Notes: generated by a model not told the origin, from the sequence alone. A stretch of DNA of 64,000 nt from Patescibacteria group bacterium (GCA_038062455.1 JBBTXE010000001.1:122371-186370), one strand, 5' to 3'. Positions 18,493 through 28,386 are shown, numbered from the stretch's first letter. Numbers and translations: made by a program.

Positions 18493-19449
18493 TTGAGTTA
18501 TACTATAAATGTGTTTGATTTAATAAAAAAACTTACTCAAATCTCTCCTCGCTATGGTCATCGGGAAGCGGAAGCGGCCAAAGTAATTACCAATGAATTA
18601 AAATCACTTCAAATAAATTTTGTCGAAGAACCCTTCAGAACTGCGGTTCCCAAAATAATCAAAGCAGAGCTGTTTGCCGACGGAAAATCCATTCCTTGTC
18701 TTGGTAGCAGTTTAATTAGCGGTGAAATTAATAATGGTAATTATTTAATCAGTGCTTTTGGTCATTCTGGTAAGAATCGACCATACAACATCAGTTACAG
18801 TCCGATTACCGATGAAATTAGTGTTGTTGATATATATCAGGAACCGTCAGTAACTATTTCCAGAACTTCTATTGTCCAAATTACAATGGCTAAGGAAGTA
18901 AAAGGAATAATCGAAGTGGAAAAAGAAAAATATACTACCGAAAACATTTTGGTTGGAAATATTAGCAATCCAGAAAATATTATCATTGCCCACTTTGACT
19001 CGATTGTTGGTGATGGAGCTCTCGATAACGCAGCTGCGATTGCAGTAATGATTGAAACGATAAAACAAAAAGCAGTGGTGTTACAAAACACCCTTTTTAT
19101 TTTTGCCGGAAATGAGGAAATTTCCTACGATGACTACAAAATCAAAAGTGGCTATGGTTTTAGAATGTTTGAGTCAAAACATAGTAATGTTTTGGAAAAC
19201 GCCAAACAAATAATTGTTATCGATGGCATCGGGGTCAGTAGCCCGTCTTTTGTTCAAAATGGTCTTGATTGGGTATTACAAGTAAAGATGTTAGACAAAA
19301 TCAGAAGCAAAGTATTTTGGTTACAAAATGACCAAAGTGAAGTTTTGAAATATTTTCACACTAAAGCCGATATTATTGAAAATTTGTCAGAGAAATATTT
19401 AAAAGAAGCCCAAGCTACTTTGATAAATAAGCTTTCTAATCGGTTATAA
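18493..19449 (+). CDS. M28-like metallopeptidase family protein (non-ATG start)
   Basis: IIIAHFDSIVGDGALDNAAAIAVMIE resembles the M28 H.D...G..DN.sG metal-binding segment. Confidence 0.45.
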   Translation: MSYTINVFDLIKKLTQISPRYGHREAEAAKVITNELKSLQINFVEEPFRTAVPKIIKAELFADGKSIPCLGSSLISGEINNGNYLISAFGHSGKNRPYNISYSPITDEISVVDIYQEPSVTISRTSIVQITMAKEVKGIIEVEKEKYTTENILVGNISNPENIIIAHFDSIVGDGALDNAAAIAVMIETIKQKAVVLQNTLFIFAGNEEISYDDYKIKSGYGFRMFESKHSNVLENAKQIIVIDGIGVSSPSFVQNGLDWVLQVKMLDKIRSKVFWLQNDQSEVLKYFHTKADIIENLSEKYLKEAQATLINKLSNRL

Positions 19450-19482
19450 TACATTCACTCTCTAAAGTAAAAGCGGGCTTGT

Positions 19483-19508
19483 CTCGCCGAAGCTTTAGCG
19501 TAGGCGGG
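19483..19508 (+). repeat. Hairpin repeat, GCGTAGGCGGG family, copy 2 (abuts and overlaps the 5' end of tRNA-Pro)
   Basis: ctcgccgaagctttagcgtaggcggg. Its last 4 nt are the first 4 nt of the tRNA. Confidence 0.7.
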
Positions 19509-19578
19509 GATTGGCGCAATTGGCTAGCGCGCACGGATGGGGTCCGTGAGGTTGCAGGTTCAAATCCTGTATCCCCGA
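19505..19578 (+). tRNA. tRNA-Pro (anticodon GGG)
   Basis: Hand-folded cloverleaf: acceptor cggggat/atccccg, D arm gcgc-aattggcta-gcgc, anticodon arm cacgg-atGGGgt-ccgtg, T arm gcagg-ttcaaat-cctgt. 74 nt, CCA not encoded. Confidence 0.9.
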
Positions 19579-19648
19579 CAACGTAATGCCGATAAAATCG
19601 GCAAACGTTGTCAGGAACGTTATCTGATTAACATCAGATTTACGTTCC
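19577..19648. terminator. Two consecutive long perfect hairpins between tRNA-Pro and the convergent gene
   Basis: gacaacgt-[tgccgat aaa atcggca]-acgttgtc (19577-19612) and ggaacgt-t-atctgat-taac-atcagat-tt-acgttcc (19614-19648), followed by cctttt. Confidence 0.5.
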
Positions 19649-19733
19649 GACCTTTTCCAAAAACGACTCAAAGAACATAACCATGGTAAAACCGATTCAA
19701 CTAGAAACAGGAGTTGGCGGGAAGGTTGCAGGT

Positions 19734-20312
19734 TTATATACTAATCACGTACCCTGCGTTTTTAATCTCTTCCACCTTAATGGCGTTATCAGTTGCCCCC
19801 GGTTTCGGATTATATCCGCCTACTTTCGTTTTCGATCCGTCAATTATTATTTCTCCACTTCCGGTTAATTTGGCTAAAAACTTAATCGTAGCCAACGGCA
19901 CCGTTCCTGTCACCAAATCTTCCGGTTTTTTGTCCAAATTAGCAATCGCCACCAATCTCAAACATTTATTGTCCTCACCTACAATTGACACATCAACCAA
20001 CAATCCTAAGGCTTCCGTGTTCAATTCAACTTGAGACGAAGGATCAGCTTCATCTACCGAAAGCTCATTTCCATAACAAATTTGAGTATCAATCGAACTG
20101 ATTTTAGCTCCGTTTCCGGTTTCTGCAATCAGCTGGACACCAATCTGACCATCTATTTTTCCTTTTCCTAATTCAGGCGCAATCGATAACTTAGTTTCGG
20201 CAAAATAAACTGTTTTTTGAGTATTTTGGTTTTTTCTTATCAATAAATAAATTCCCAACGACACCACCGCTACCAACAAAACAATCACAACGTAGTTTTT
20301 ATTATTTTTCAT
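19734..20312 (-). CDS. Membrane-anchored protein with cohesin-like beta-sandwich region
   Basis: N-terminal TM (YVVIVLLVAVVSLGIYLLI). Pattern ..ISSIDTQICYGNE...VPLATIKFLAKLTGSGEIII resembles cohesin domains. Weak call. Confidence 0.35.
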   Translation of the reverse strand: MKNNKNYVVIVLLVAVVSLGIYLLIRKNQNTQKTVYFAETKLSIAPELGKGKIDGQIGVQLIAETGNGAKISSIDTQICYGNELSVDEADPSSQVELNTEALGLLVDVSIVGEDNKCLRLVAIANLDKKPEDLVTGTVPLATIKFLAKLTGSGEIIIDGSKTKVGGYNPKPGATDNAIKVEEIKNAGYVISI

Positions 20313-20467
20313 AAGGCAGTAAAACTAGTATATCAATAGTGACCTATCTAGCCAACATGATAAAATAAATTATTTCCACCAAAACACTTACGCTAAATTC
20401 AACTAATTGGCAAAAATTTCACCGATTCCAAGAAAAACCCGGGTGGTGCGGACCGGCCGTTATCCAA

Positions 20468-20896
20468 ATGGTTCTGGCTTATAGCGGGATAAATAAAAGT
20501 CAAATCGAAATTAAAAAATATGTCTACAAAAAATGGTGGGGAACGCCACCGCCAATGATTCTTGCCTACTTAAGTAAATTTTTCAAAATCGTCAACTATA
20601 AACAAAACGCCACGATCACCGACCTTTCCTTTCATTTAAAAAAAGGTAATTTAATTATTGTCAATTGGTGGGATGATCTTGATAAAGATAATCAGGGAGG
20701 CCATTTCAGTATTGTTGAAGATTGTGACAGTAAACTCAAAACAATAACTTTAGTTGACCCTGATAATAGCCGACAGGGAATTTGGACAATTGACGCTTCA
20801 GAATTTAATAAAAGATGGTATGACACCCTTGACATTCATGACCGCACTTGGATCGAAGGCTGGATGCTCTGGGTCGATCCCAAAAGCAAAATTTAA
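20468..20896 (+). CDS. C39-like / papain-fold cysteine peptidase domain protein (true start probably upstream, see findings)
   Basis: The in-frame upstream sequence encodes ..QEKPGWCGPAVIQMVLAYSG, the catalytic-Cys context of C39-like peptidases. A later GGHFSIV supplies the His. Confidence 0.55.
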   Translation: MVLAYSGINKSQIEIKKYVYKKWWGTPPPMILAYLSKFFKIVNYKQNATITDLSFHLKKGNLIIVNWWDDLDKDNQGGHFSIVEDCDSKLKTITLVDPDNSRQGIWTIDASEFNKRWYDTLDIHDRTWIEGWMLWVDPKSKI

Positions 20897-20959
20897 ATAG
20901 AAAAAAATAACTCTTCGTCTTTTGTTCGGGTTTTGATACCTTGACGGAGGTACTCATTC

Positions 20960-22033
20960 ATGTTTGACTGTCATATGAAGAAAATAAAAATCAAGTCCGT
21001 CGATTCTCTTAAAAATAATAAACTCGAAGCTGTCCGTTTGGCTATGGAGCAAATCACCAAAGCCTATGGTGATGGTGCCATTATGAAGATGGGAGACCAG
21101 CGGGTTAATATGAAAGTAGATGTAGTTCCCACCGGCTGTCTTCCCCTGGATATTGCCTTAGGTGTCGGCGGTTTACCCCGCAGCCGGGTCACCGAAATTT
21201 TTGGTCCCGAAGCTTCCGGTAAAACTACCCTCTGTCTCCATGTGATTAAGGAAGCCCAAAAACTTGGCGGCACCGCCGCCTTTATTGATGCCGAACATGC
21301 CCTTGATCCCTCCCGCACCGCCGCCATCGGGGTGGATCTTGACAACCTCTTAATTTCCCAACCCGACAACGGCGAGCAGGCTCTGGAAATTGTCGAAACT
21401 TTGGTTAGGAGCAATGCCGTCGATGTCATCGTGGTTGATTCAGTCGCCGCTTTGGTGCCCAAAGCCGAAATTGAAGGTGAAATGGGGGATTCCATGATGG
21501 GGCTTCAGGCCCGGCTGATGTCTCAAGCCCTGCGAAAACTAACCGGCGCCATCAGTAAATCTAAAGCGGTGGTAATTTTTACCAATCAAATGCGCCAAAA
21601 GATCGGCATAATGTTTGGCAATCCCGAAACCACCACCGGCGGACTAGCTCTCAAATTTTATTCATCGATCCGTATCGATGTCCGCAAAATTGCCAACATC
21701 AAAACTGCCGGTGGCGACCCAATTGGTTCCCAACATCGGGCCCGGATTGTCAAAAATAAAATTGCCCCGCCCTTTAAAGAAGCCGAATTTGACATTATGA
21801 ATACCGAGGGAATTTCCGTCATTGGCTCTTTGGTTGACGCTGGCGTTAAATACGGTTCGATTGCCAAGTCGGGAGCTTTCTTTAAAATCGGGGAGGAAAA
21901 TCTTCAGGGTCGTGAAGGCGCTAAAAGATATCTTAAGGAAAACCCGAAGGTGGCGGAAAATTTAACTACCGGTATTTGGGACAAAATAAACCAAGGGATT
22001 GTCAATGATTCTGCAAAAGATCAAGAGGAGTAA
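20960..22033 (+). CDS. recA: Recombinase RecA
   Basis: [10 protein letters not shown] Walker A, VVDSVAAL, typical [14 protein letters not shown] segment, GGAGG RBS upstream. Confidence 0.95.
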   Translation: MFDCHMKKIKIKSVDSLKNNKLEAVRLAMEQITKAYGDGAIMKMGDQRVNMKVDVVPTGCLPLDIALGVGGLPRSRVTEIFGPEASGKTTLCLHVIKEAQKLGGTAAFIDAEHALDPSRTAAIGVDLDNLLISQPDNGEQALEIVETLVRSNAVDVIVVDSVAALVPKAEIEGEMGDSMMGLQARLMSQALRKLTGAISKSKAVVIFTNQMRQKIGIMFGNPETTTGGLALKFYSSIRIDVRKIANIKTAGGDPIGSQHRARIVKNKIAPPFKEAEFDIMNTEGISVIGSLVDAGVKYGSIAKSGAFFKIGEENLQGREGAKRYLKENPKVAENLTTGIWDKINQGIVNDSAKDQEE

Positions 22034-22637
22034 AAGCCCCGAGAAAATCTATCTTCTGTTTGATGGCGGTAACTTGTTGCCTCTCAAGCTCGATGATTTT
22101 GTTCTGACGAAAGTTAAAATCGGCACCGAAATCGACCACTCTCTTTATTCCCGTTTATCCGCCTTATCTCTTTACTATCTTCTCTTAAACTATGCTCTCC
22201 GTCAAGTAGCCATTTCTCCAAAAATCGAATCGATTCTGCATCCCAAACTTCTTCGTCAGATAAATTTTTATTTTCATAAATTTAGTTACTCCCCAATCGA
22301 CACTTCAAAAATTATTAATGATGTTCTTGCCTTTTTAAACCAAAAAAATCTTCTTGACCCCACCACCTACGCCAATTATTTAATTCGCCGCCATCAAAGC
22401 AAATCTCAAAATTATCTTCGTCAACTTTTTTTCCATCACCATCTTGACCCCCTTCTTTTGCCTTCCGCCACCGACGACTTATCTAAAATCAAAAAACTAA
22501 TTGCCAAAAAATTAAAGACTTCTCCAAAGGCTATGGATTTTAAGACCAAAAACCGTCTAATTGGATTTTTATCGAGAAAGAGTTTTGCCTATAATGACAT
22601 AAAAACTGTCATTGACGAATTACTTTCTATCGGTTAG
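22005..22637 (+). CDS. recX: RecX-like regulatory protein
   Basis: Immediately downstream of and overlapping recA. All-helical repeat-like protein with an [19 protein letters not shown] segment like RecX. Start taken at the second in-frame ATG. Confidence 0.5.
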   Translation: MILQKIKRSKSPEKIYLLFDGGNLLPLKLDDFVLTKVKIGTEIDHSLYSRLSALSLYYLLLNYALRQVAISPKIESILHPKLLRQINFYFHKFSYSPIDTSKIINDVLAFLNQKNLLDPTTYANYLIRRHQSKSQNYLRQLFFHHHLDPLLLPSATDDLSKIKKLIAKKLKTSPKAMDFKTKNRLIGFLSRKSFAYNDIKTVIDELLSIG

Positions 22638-22781
22638 AATAAGACTGTTCTATATTAGATAAAACTTATTTTTTTAAAAATCTTTTTACCTATCCTACCC
22701 CTAATGACACTTTGTACTTGTTTTTTTTTGTCACGGACGTCCATCTAGGGTCTCAGTGGGTGAAATTTAAGGAGCTTTTGT

Positions 22782-24425
22782 ATGTTTAACTCGTTTCTTT
22801 CCAAATTTAAAACTCTCTTCGGTAGTCCAGCCGCCACGCCTCCCGAACCGAATACACCTGTCATTCCCGTTTCACCCGCCGAAGCTCCCGCGGCGGTGGG
22901 CGCTGATAAAAGCAATCGGGTAGTCTTTGTCGCCAAAAAAACAGCTAAAAAAAGCAAGGCGGTATCCGCCGCAGTTCCCGCAACAGCGGGAACCCAACCC
23001 ACCTCACCTGTTTACACCCCACCGGCAATCGATGTCCAAGTCAAGACCGCCGCGGCGGCCCAAGTTATTATCGACAACGCCCGCCGACTCGAAGCCGCCG
23101 CGGCGGCTAAAGAAGCCGAAGTCTTTCAAAGGTTGAAGTCTCTTGATGACAAAGAAAGATATCTAATTCAAAAAGAGCAAAGTCTCGATAGTAAAGATCA
23201 ACAAGTCAGTAAAAAACTTGAAGCCATCGATGAACTTTATCGAAAACAGTTGGACAAACTCGAGGCCATCTCCGGTCTGGATGTCGAAAAAGCCAAGCAA
23301 CTTTTAATGAGCTCGACGGAAAAGAAAATGAGTAGCTGGCTTGCCAAAAAAATCGATGAAACTAAAGATGGGCTTAAAACTCGCCAAGAAGAATTAGCCA
23401 AGGAAATAATTTTAGACGGTATCACCCACGGGGTGACTGATTATGTGGCCGAATATACCGTTTCCACTATGACTCTCCCCGATGACAAGATCAAGGGAAA
23501 AATTATCGGCCGCGAAGGCCGCAATATCCGTTCTTTTGAAAAAGCTACCGGAGTTGAATTGGAATTGGATGAATCCAATGATATTCGGATTTCCTCCTTT
23601 GATTCCACCCGTCGGGAAATTGCCCGTCTCTCTTTAGAGAAATTAATCCGCGATGGCCGGATTCAGCCGGTCAGAATCGAACAAATTGTGGCTCAAACCA
23701 AAGCTGATATGGACAAAATTTTGGTTAATGAAGGTAAACGGATTTGCCAAGAAGTCGGGGTTTTCAACATCCCCATTGACCTGATTAAAGAAGTCGGTAA
23801 ATTTAAATTTCGTTTTTCCTATGGTCAGAATTTAGCCAAACACACGGTCGAAGCAGTTAAAATTGCCGTCGCCATTGCTTTTGAATTAAAAGCCGATGTT
23901 AATACGGTTCGCCTCGGCGCCCTCTTCCATGACATTGGCAAAGTCATCACCGATTCCGAAGGGACCCATGTTGATCTTGGCATTGATCTTTTACGTCGCT
24001 ATAAAATTTCCGAAGCAGTAATCAATACCGTCGCCGAACACCACGAAGACAAACCCTTTTCCTCACTTGAGTCCACTATTGTCTATCTTGGCGATGCCGC
24101 TTCCGGTGCCCGCCCCGGTGCCCGCTACGAAGTCCACGAGGAATATTTAAAACGGATGAAAAACATCGAGGAAGTGGCCAAATCCTTTGCCGGAGTCTTA
24201 AGTGTCGCCGCTTATCAGGCCGGCCGGGAAGTAATGGTTATTGTGGAGCCCAGTCAGATTTCCGATGACGAGGCCACAGTTCTGGCTCAAAATATTGCCG
24301 ATAAACTGGACGAAGAAGCTAAGTGGGCCGGTCAAATTAAGGTCAATGTTATTCGTGAATTTAGAAGTTCTGCCACCGTCGTTGGTAGCAAGATCAGTAA
24401 TAATGCGGTGAAAAATGGCGAATAG
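22782..24425 (+). CDS. rny: Ribonuclease Y with Pro/Ala-rich N-terminal extension
   Basis: KH domain (IIGREGRNIRSFEKATGVELELD) plus HD domain (LFHDIGK...AEHHED). Confidence 0.9.
   Translation: MFNSFLSKFKTLFGSPAATPPEPNTPVIPVSPAEAPAAVGADKSNRVVFVAKKTAKKSKAVSAAVPATAGTQPTSPVYTPPAIDVQVKTAAAAQVIIDNARRLEAAAAAKEAEVFQRLKSLDDKERYLIQKEQSLDSKDQQVSKKLEAIDELYRKQLDKLEAISGLDVEKAKQLLMSSTEKKMSSWLAKKIDETKDGLKTRQEELAKEIILDGITHGVTDYVAEYTVSTMTLPDDKIKGKIIGREGRNIRSFEKATGVELELDESNDIRISSFDSTRREIARLSLEKLIRDGRIQPVRIEQIVAQTKADMDKILVNEGKRICQEVGVFNIPIDLIKEVGKFKFRFSYGQNLAKHTVEAVKIAVAIAFELKADVNTVRLGALFHDIGKVITDSEGTHVDLGIDLLRRYKISEAVINTVAEHHEDKPFSSLESTIVYLGDAASGARPGARYEVHEEYLKRMKNIEEVAKSFAGVLSVAAYQAGREVMVIVEPSQISDDEATVLAQNIADKLDEEAKWAGQIKVNVIREFRSSATVVGSKISNNAVKNGE
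22974..22993 (+). repeat. Hairpin repeat, TTCCCGC/GCGGGAA family, copy 1 (in frame in rny)
   Basis: gttcccgc-aaca-gcgggaac, a perfect 8-bp stem, encoding ..AVPATAGT.. Confidence 0.75.
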
Positions 24426-24483
24426 TACTTGCATTTTTATAATCAATGTTTACAATGGATGGTGAATTATAAATTAAAAGAAT

Positions 24484-24756
24484 ATGACCAAAAAAGATCT
24501 CATTGAAGTCGTGGCTCAAAAAGCCAAACTTAGTAAGAAAGCTGCCAAAGTCTCTGTCGAGACTTTTTTAAATGAAATAATGAAAGCTCTCGCCTCCGGC
24601 GAAGTTGTCAAGCTTTCCGGTTTTGGAACTTTCAAAACCAAAATGTTCAAGGCTAAAACCATCAAAGCCATTGGATCTAAAGAATCCAAAAAAATTATGG
24701 CCCGTCGCATGCCCCGATATATTCCTGGTACCAAAATCAAGAAAATGGTGAAGTAA
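24484..24756 (+). CDS. hup: DNA-binding protein HU/IHF family
   Basis: 90 aa. MTKKDLIEVVAQKAKLSKKAAKVSVETFLNEI...GFGTFKTK...PGTKIKK is a typical HU fold sequence. Confidence 0.9.
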   Translation: MTKKDLIEVVAQKAKLSKKAAKVSVETFLNEIMKALASGEVVKLSGFGTFKTKMFKAKTIKAIGSKESKKIMARRMPRYIPGTKIKKMVK

Positions 24757-24787
24757 CACTCGTCATTGCGAGTGAAACGAAGCAATC
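24757..24787 (+). repeat. Short palindromic element cactcgtcattgcgagtgaaacgaagcaatc
   Basis: cactcg-tcattg-cgagtg hairpin overlapping attgc...gcaat. The cattgcgag...gaagcaat type of motif is one I recall as a widespread short intergenic repeat. Confidence 0.5.
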
Positions 24788-24790
24788 TAA

Positions 24791-24820
24791 ATCCCTCCCG
24801 ATTTACCGGGGGGGATTTTT
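24791..24820 (+). terminator. Rho-independent terminator after hup
   Basis: atccctcccg-attta-ccgggggggat followed by ttttt. Confidence 0.75.
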
Positions 24821-24835
24821 GGTTTAAAATACAGT

Positions 24836-25468
24836 ATGAAAAACGTTGGTATTATTCTTGGCTACGGTGTTTTTATTCCGCCAAATCCTGAATATCAATC
24901 TTATCTTGATCAAGCTAAAAATCTTATTTTAGAAAAAGGTTTTGATACTACTATCATCACCGGCAGTTTTACCAATCCCAAGTATCCCCATCTCTCTGAA
25001 GCCTCGTCAATCTTTGACTATTTTCTTTCCCAGTCAAACAAATTAAATATTATCCTTGAAGATCAATCTCTTACCACCTATCAAAATCTTCTCTTTTCCA
25101 AAGATATTATTAGTACTCGTCTTAAAACACTTGATTCTGTTTTCATTATTGCCGATAGTATTCGGGTTCCTAAAGTATTTTTTCATTCACTTGAGATTTT
25201 TTCTCCCCTGTTTTTAAAGGCAATGACCACCGAAGACAGACTTAGGCTTTTAGCCACCGAATCTCGACTTCACGACCCAGATACTTTGCCAAATCCGATT
25301 GCTTTTTCTTTCGAAAAATTGACTGTTCAGGGAATTTCCTTAAGTAATGATTCCAAATCAATTGCTCATCAAATAATCAGTTCCTTAATCGAATCTCATT
25401 ATCTAGAATACCCCTCTCTTCATCGGGAATTTATTGCCTGGCGCCAGAAAAAATGGGGGATTAAATAA
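24836..25468 (+). CDS. DUF218/YdcF-like protein
   Basis: GIILGYG...IITGSFTNPKYPHLSEASSIFDYF...QSLTTYQNLLFS matches the general YdcF/SanA pattern (G..., sEA, s.nT.eN). Confidence 0.45.
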   Translation: MKNVGIILGYGVFIPPNPEYQSYLDQAKNLILEKGFDTTIITGSFTNPKYPHLSEASSIFDYFLSQSNKLNIILEDQSLTTYQNLLFSKDIISTRLKTLDSVFIIADSIRVPKVFFHSLEIFSPLFLKAMTTEDRLRLLATESRLHDPDTLPNPIAFSFEKLTVQGISLSNDSKSIAHQIISSLIESHYLEYPSLHREFIAWRQKKWGIK

Positions 25469-26486
25469 TCTCCATCAACTCCACGACATTGGATCTAGTT
25501 TTTTCTACCAGGTATTTAGCTATTGGAACTTTTGGATCCAAACTTAAGGCATCTAAATTTAAACCGGCCACGGCTCTTTCCAGTAAAGCCAGTTTCAACA
25601 GGCGGTTATCTTTTCCAAATAATTCAAAGATCTTATCCAGCCATAGTTTTCTTTGTTCTTCTATCTTTTCCAAAGATATATCTTTAATATCAGCTAAATG
25701 ATATATATGCCAATGATAAGCAAAAACCGCGTCATAAAACGGCGCTCTCCAGGACCAGTATAAATTAGACAGAACCACAATTTGTCCGTCCGGTACTTCA
25801 TAAAAATCACTGTCAGACAAATGACCATGCTGAAATTCCCACTCAACACCCTGATATTTATCTGTCAAAATTTTTATCACCCTATCTATCAATTTAACAT
25901 CACCTTTTTTTCTCAAGGGGTGATTGGGATATATTTCCCACGAACTTTTTCTCCATTTTTCGAATCTTATTTTTATCATTTTCCCAATCGATACATCCGG
26001 TTTTAGTAACCACGCTTTATTTCGGCATTTTTCCCGATACTCCCGAAATATCTCAAAGTATCTTTTTACTTCATCGCTATTTGTCGGCACATTTACAATT
26101 TTTTTATCTCCGACATCCTCCATAATCAAAGCTTCATATTTTCTTTTATCGCTCCAAGGAATTGTTGTGTACAATTTTGGCGGTCTAATCAGTCGGCTTT
26201 TATTTTGGGCCTCAAAAGATTCAATCATTTCGATTTCGCTGGTATTCGGTTTTACTCCTTGAACCTTTAAAACCGCCGGTTTTCCTTGATATTTTCCTTG
26301 TCGATGAAAGGCACCGATTATTTTTGATCCCCACCAGCTACTAGTTCTAGTTATCCCATTCGAGACGAATCCTGTCTCTTTTGACACCTCTTCAACTATC
26401 TGTTCAATCCTTTTATCCAAATCCGAACCTTGAAAATAACTTTCGGCGATAAAATTTTGCTTTTTGTTAATCGTATTTTTACCCAT
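25461..26486 (-). CDS. Kinase-like (aminoglycoside phosphotransferase/choline kinase fold) family protein
   Basis: EFQHGHLSDSDFY resembles the catalytic loop H.D.....N region of APH-like kinases. Weak call. Confidence 0.4.
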   Translation of the reverse strand: MGKNTINKKQNFIAESYFQGSDLDKRIEQIVEEVSKETGFVSNGITRTSSWWGSKIIGAFHRQGKYQGKPAVLKVQGVKPNTSEIEMIESFEAQNKSRLIRPPKLYTTIPWSDKRKYEALIMEDVGDKKIVNVPTNSDEVKRYFEIFREYREKCRNKAWLLKPDVSIGKMIKIRFEKWRKSSWEIYPNHPLRKKGDVKLIDRVIKILTDKYQGVEWEFQHGHLSDSDFYEVPDGQIVVLSNLYWSWRAPFYDAVFAYHWHIYHLADIKDISLEKIEEQRKLWLDKIFELFGKDNRLLKLALLERAVAGLNLDALSLDPKVPIAKYLVEKTRSNVVELMEII

Positions 26487-26502
26487 AACTAATTATATCT
26501 TT

Positions 26503-26838
26503 TTATGATGGAGTAGGAATTGGCGTATTAATTGGTGTCGGTGTGTTTGATGGTGTTGGTGTTTGGGTTGGGGTTAAAGTAGGGGTCAGCGTCAAAGTCG
26601 GGGTAATTTTAGGCGTCGGGGTATCAATTGGCCAGGGAGTAGCTGTCGGTTCGGGTGTCTCTGTCGGTCCCATGGTGCTTGTTGGTAAAAGAGTAATCGT
26701 CGGCTCTGCCCAAAACACGTCACTGCCAAATTTATCCCGATTATTCCATTGTATCAGCGCAATGATATTTATAAAAATGATTGCCGCTACCCCCGCAATG
26801 ATAAATTTATTTTTAACTACTATTACCTTCCAATCCAT
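26503..26838 (-). CDS. Membrane-anchored Pro/Thr-rich protein
   Basis: Start moved to MDWKVIVV (signal anchor FIIAGVAAIIFINIIALI). C-terminal PTxTPT repeats. Confidence 0.5.
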   Translation of the reverse strand: MDWKVIVVKNKFIIAGVAAIIFINIIALIQWNNRDKFGSDVFWAEPTITLLPTSTMGPTETPEPTATPWPIDTPTPKITPTLTLTPTLTPTQTPTPSNTPTPINTPIPTPS

Positions 26839-26875
26839 GTGCTGAATTATATCAGGCTGATGATAAAATACATCT

Positions 26876-27580
26876 GTGCCGAAAGAATATGCAGGCAGGA
26901 TACACGGTGATGGTCGGTTAATGATGAACTCATTTGATCGTCCCAATACCGAGTCAGAAGGGATTCTTTACCAAGGAATACTCAAAAATATTTTAAAAAA
27001 GGCGGGTATTAAACTAAAAATTGATAAGGAAAATCCAGATCTGTCCAAAACCCTTTTAACTCTAAGACAACGATTCGAAATCGGTTTTTCTAATGGCTGT
27101 CCTTGGCCAAATAAACTTATAACCAAATTCTTATCAACCGCTGAAAAACCACCCCAAACATTAAAGGAGCTAACCGAATTAATCAGGCTAAGCAGTCTTG
27201 AAGACGGTAAACACAGTGCCCTGTTTCAGGTGCTTTTGGACAATGCTTCAGATTCCCTGCGGGATGAGCTTACAAATTTTCATTCTTGGAGTCCAATTAC
27301 GGGTCAAGAAAATCAAAATTTACCCGCCGATATCACCCATTGGGGAGGCAAGGGTGCCTATGGTTTGGCCTACGATCCGCCCTATTTTAAGGTAATAAAA
27401 CCACTACGTGCTTTTATCGACGGGAAAGAATCGGATACCGATGAAGTTCGTCAAGAACGTACTTGGAAAGTAGTCAAGTTTTTCGAAAAAACCGCCGATA
27501 GAACCTTAACTATCGATCGTTTTGTTGCCAAAACCGATAGATTTCTTCAGAAAATGCATCCAACCACTCGAAACCCTTGA
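26876..27580 (+). CDS. Hypothetical protein
   Basis: ORF only, no motif recognised. The 3' end overlaps the convergent FGE-like gene by 34 nt. Alternative start at 26921. Confidence 0.4.
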   Translation: MPKEYAGRIHGDGRLMMNSFDRPNTESEGILYQGILKNILKKAGIKLKIDKENPDLSKTLLTLRQRFEIGFSNGCPWPNKLITKFLSTAEKPPQTLKELTELIRLSSLEDGKHSALFQVLLDNASDSLRDELTNFHSWSPITGQENQNLPADITHWGGKGAYGLAYDPPYFKVIKPLRAFIDGKESDTDEVRQERTWKVVKFFEKTADRTLTIDRFVAKTDRFLQKMHPTTRNP

Positions 27581-28386
27581 GCTGAATAGCGGTCACTGGG
27601 CATATCGGCAAACCTAAAAGTATTTCGACAATATACCCAATCACGGGAATACGATCCGCCCCGACTAACCCGTCTTGTTTCTGACTCCTGATTCTCTCTA
27701 CCGCCGTTCGGATTATACGGATATGTATATTTTGCCGGCCACGGTTCGGTATTACCAATTGTAGTTGAGGTCCACTCAAACACATTACCACTCATGTCCA
27801 CACATCCATATGGGCTGACGTTATTTTTCTCAAAATAATCAACCGGAGTAGTTCCTCCAAATCGACAATCAGAGTTACAAAAAGTCGGTTCCCAAATATT
27901 TCCCCAAGGAAATTTTCTTTTGTCAGTTCCCCGTGCTGCCTTTTCCCATTCCGCTTCGGTTGGTAACCGGTATTCCTGGCCGATTTTATTGGTCAACCAC
28001 CGGCAATATTCCAGGGCGTCATACCATGACACTTGCACCACCGGGTGTTTTTCTTTGTTTTTCAAATTTGATTCCGGTCCCAAAGGTTGCTTCCAAAATG
28101 CTTTCTCAACTACTCTGTATTTTGGATCAAACACAAAACCCGTTCCTTCTTTTTCAGCTGTGGTTACATATTTTGTATCCTCAATAAATTTTTCAAAATC
28201 AGAGTTAGTAATCGGATATTTGGATATTGAAAATGTATCCAAAAATACCTTATGTTGGGGTAATTCCCGTTCCAGAAGTTTCGATTCCAAATCAGAGAAT
28301 TCATTTTTGATCTGTTGAATTTCCTCTTCCGTCGATCCCATCGTAAAATCTCCAGCCTTCACCAATACCATTTTAGGTTCTCTCAT
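27547..28386 (-). CDS. Formylglycine-generating enzyme (SUMF1/FGE-sulfatase) family protein
   Basis: MVLVKAGDFTMGS, HPVVQVSWYDALEYCRWL, YRLPTEAEWEKAARG, RVSRGGSY....GFRVV. Confidence 0.85.
   Translation of the reverse strand: MREPKMVLVKAGDFTMGSTEEEIQQIKNEFSDLESKLLERELPQHKVFLDTFSISKYPITNSDFEKFIEDTKYVTTAEKEGTGFVFDPKYRVVEKAFWKQPLGPESNLKNKEKHPVVQVSWYDALEYCRWLTNKIGQEYRLPTEAEWEKAARGTDKRKFPWGNIWEPTFCNSDCRFGGTTPVDYFEKNNVSPYGCVDMSGNVFEWTSTTIGNTEPWPAKYTYPYNPNGGRENQESETRRVSRGGSYSRDWVYCRNTFRFADMPSDRYSAQGFRVVGCIF

Noticed and set aside
20897-20959. Possible SOS/LexA (Cheo-box-like) operator upstream of recA (cttcgtcttttgttcgg).
   Set aside because: Only one GTTCG half-site is present. The left half is TTCG rather than CGAAC, so it is not a convincing palindrome.
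22745-23002. 85-aa minus-strand ORF overlapping the rny 5' end, plus numerous other antisense track ORFs inside recA, the P-type ATPase, secD, the 894-aa surface protein and others.
   Set aside because: All are embedded antisense or out of frame in genes with strong motif support, and none shows recognisable motifs.
27547-27700. A diversity-generating retroelement variable region at the C-terminus of the FGE-fold protein (RVSRGGSYSRDWVYCRNTFRFADMPSDRYSAQGFRVV).
   Set aside because: There is no reverse transcriptase, no Avd-like gene, and no template repeat. I looked for a near-identical ~100-nt copy and found only short chance similarities (ggtagtcgg.., agggttcgag) in 15090-15160, which are not collinear.
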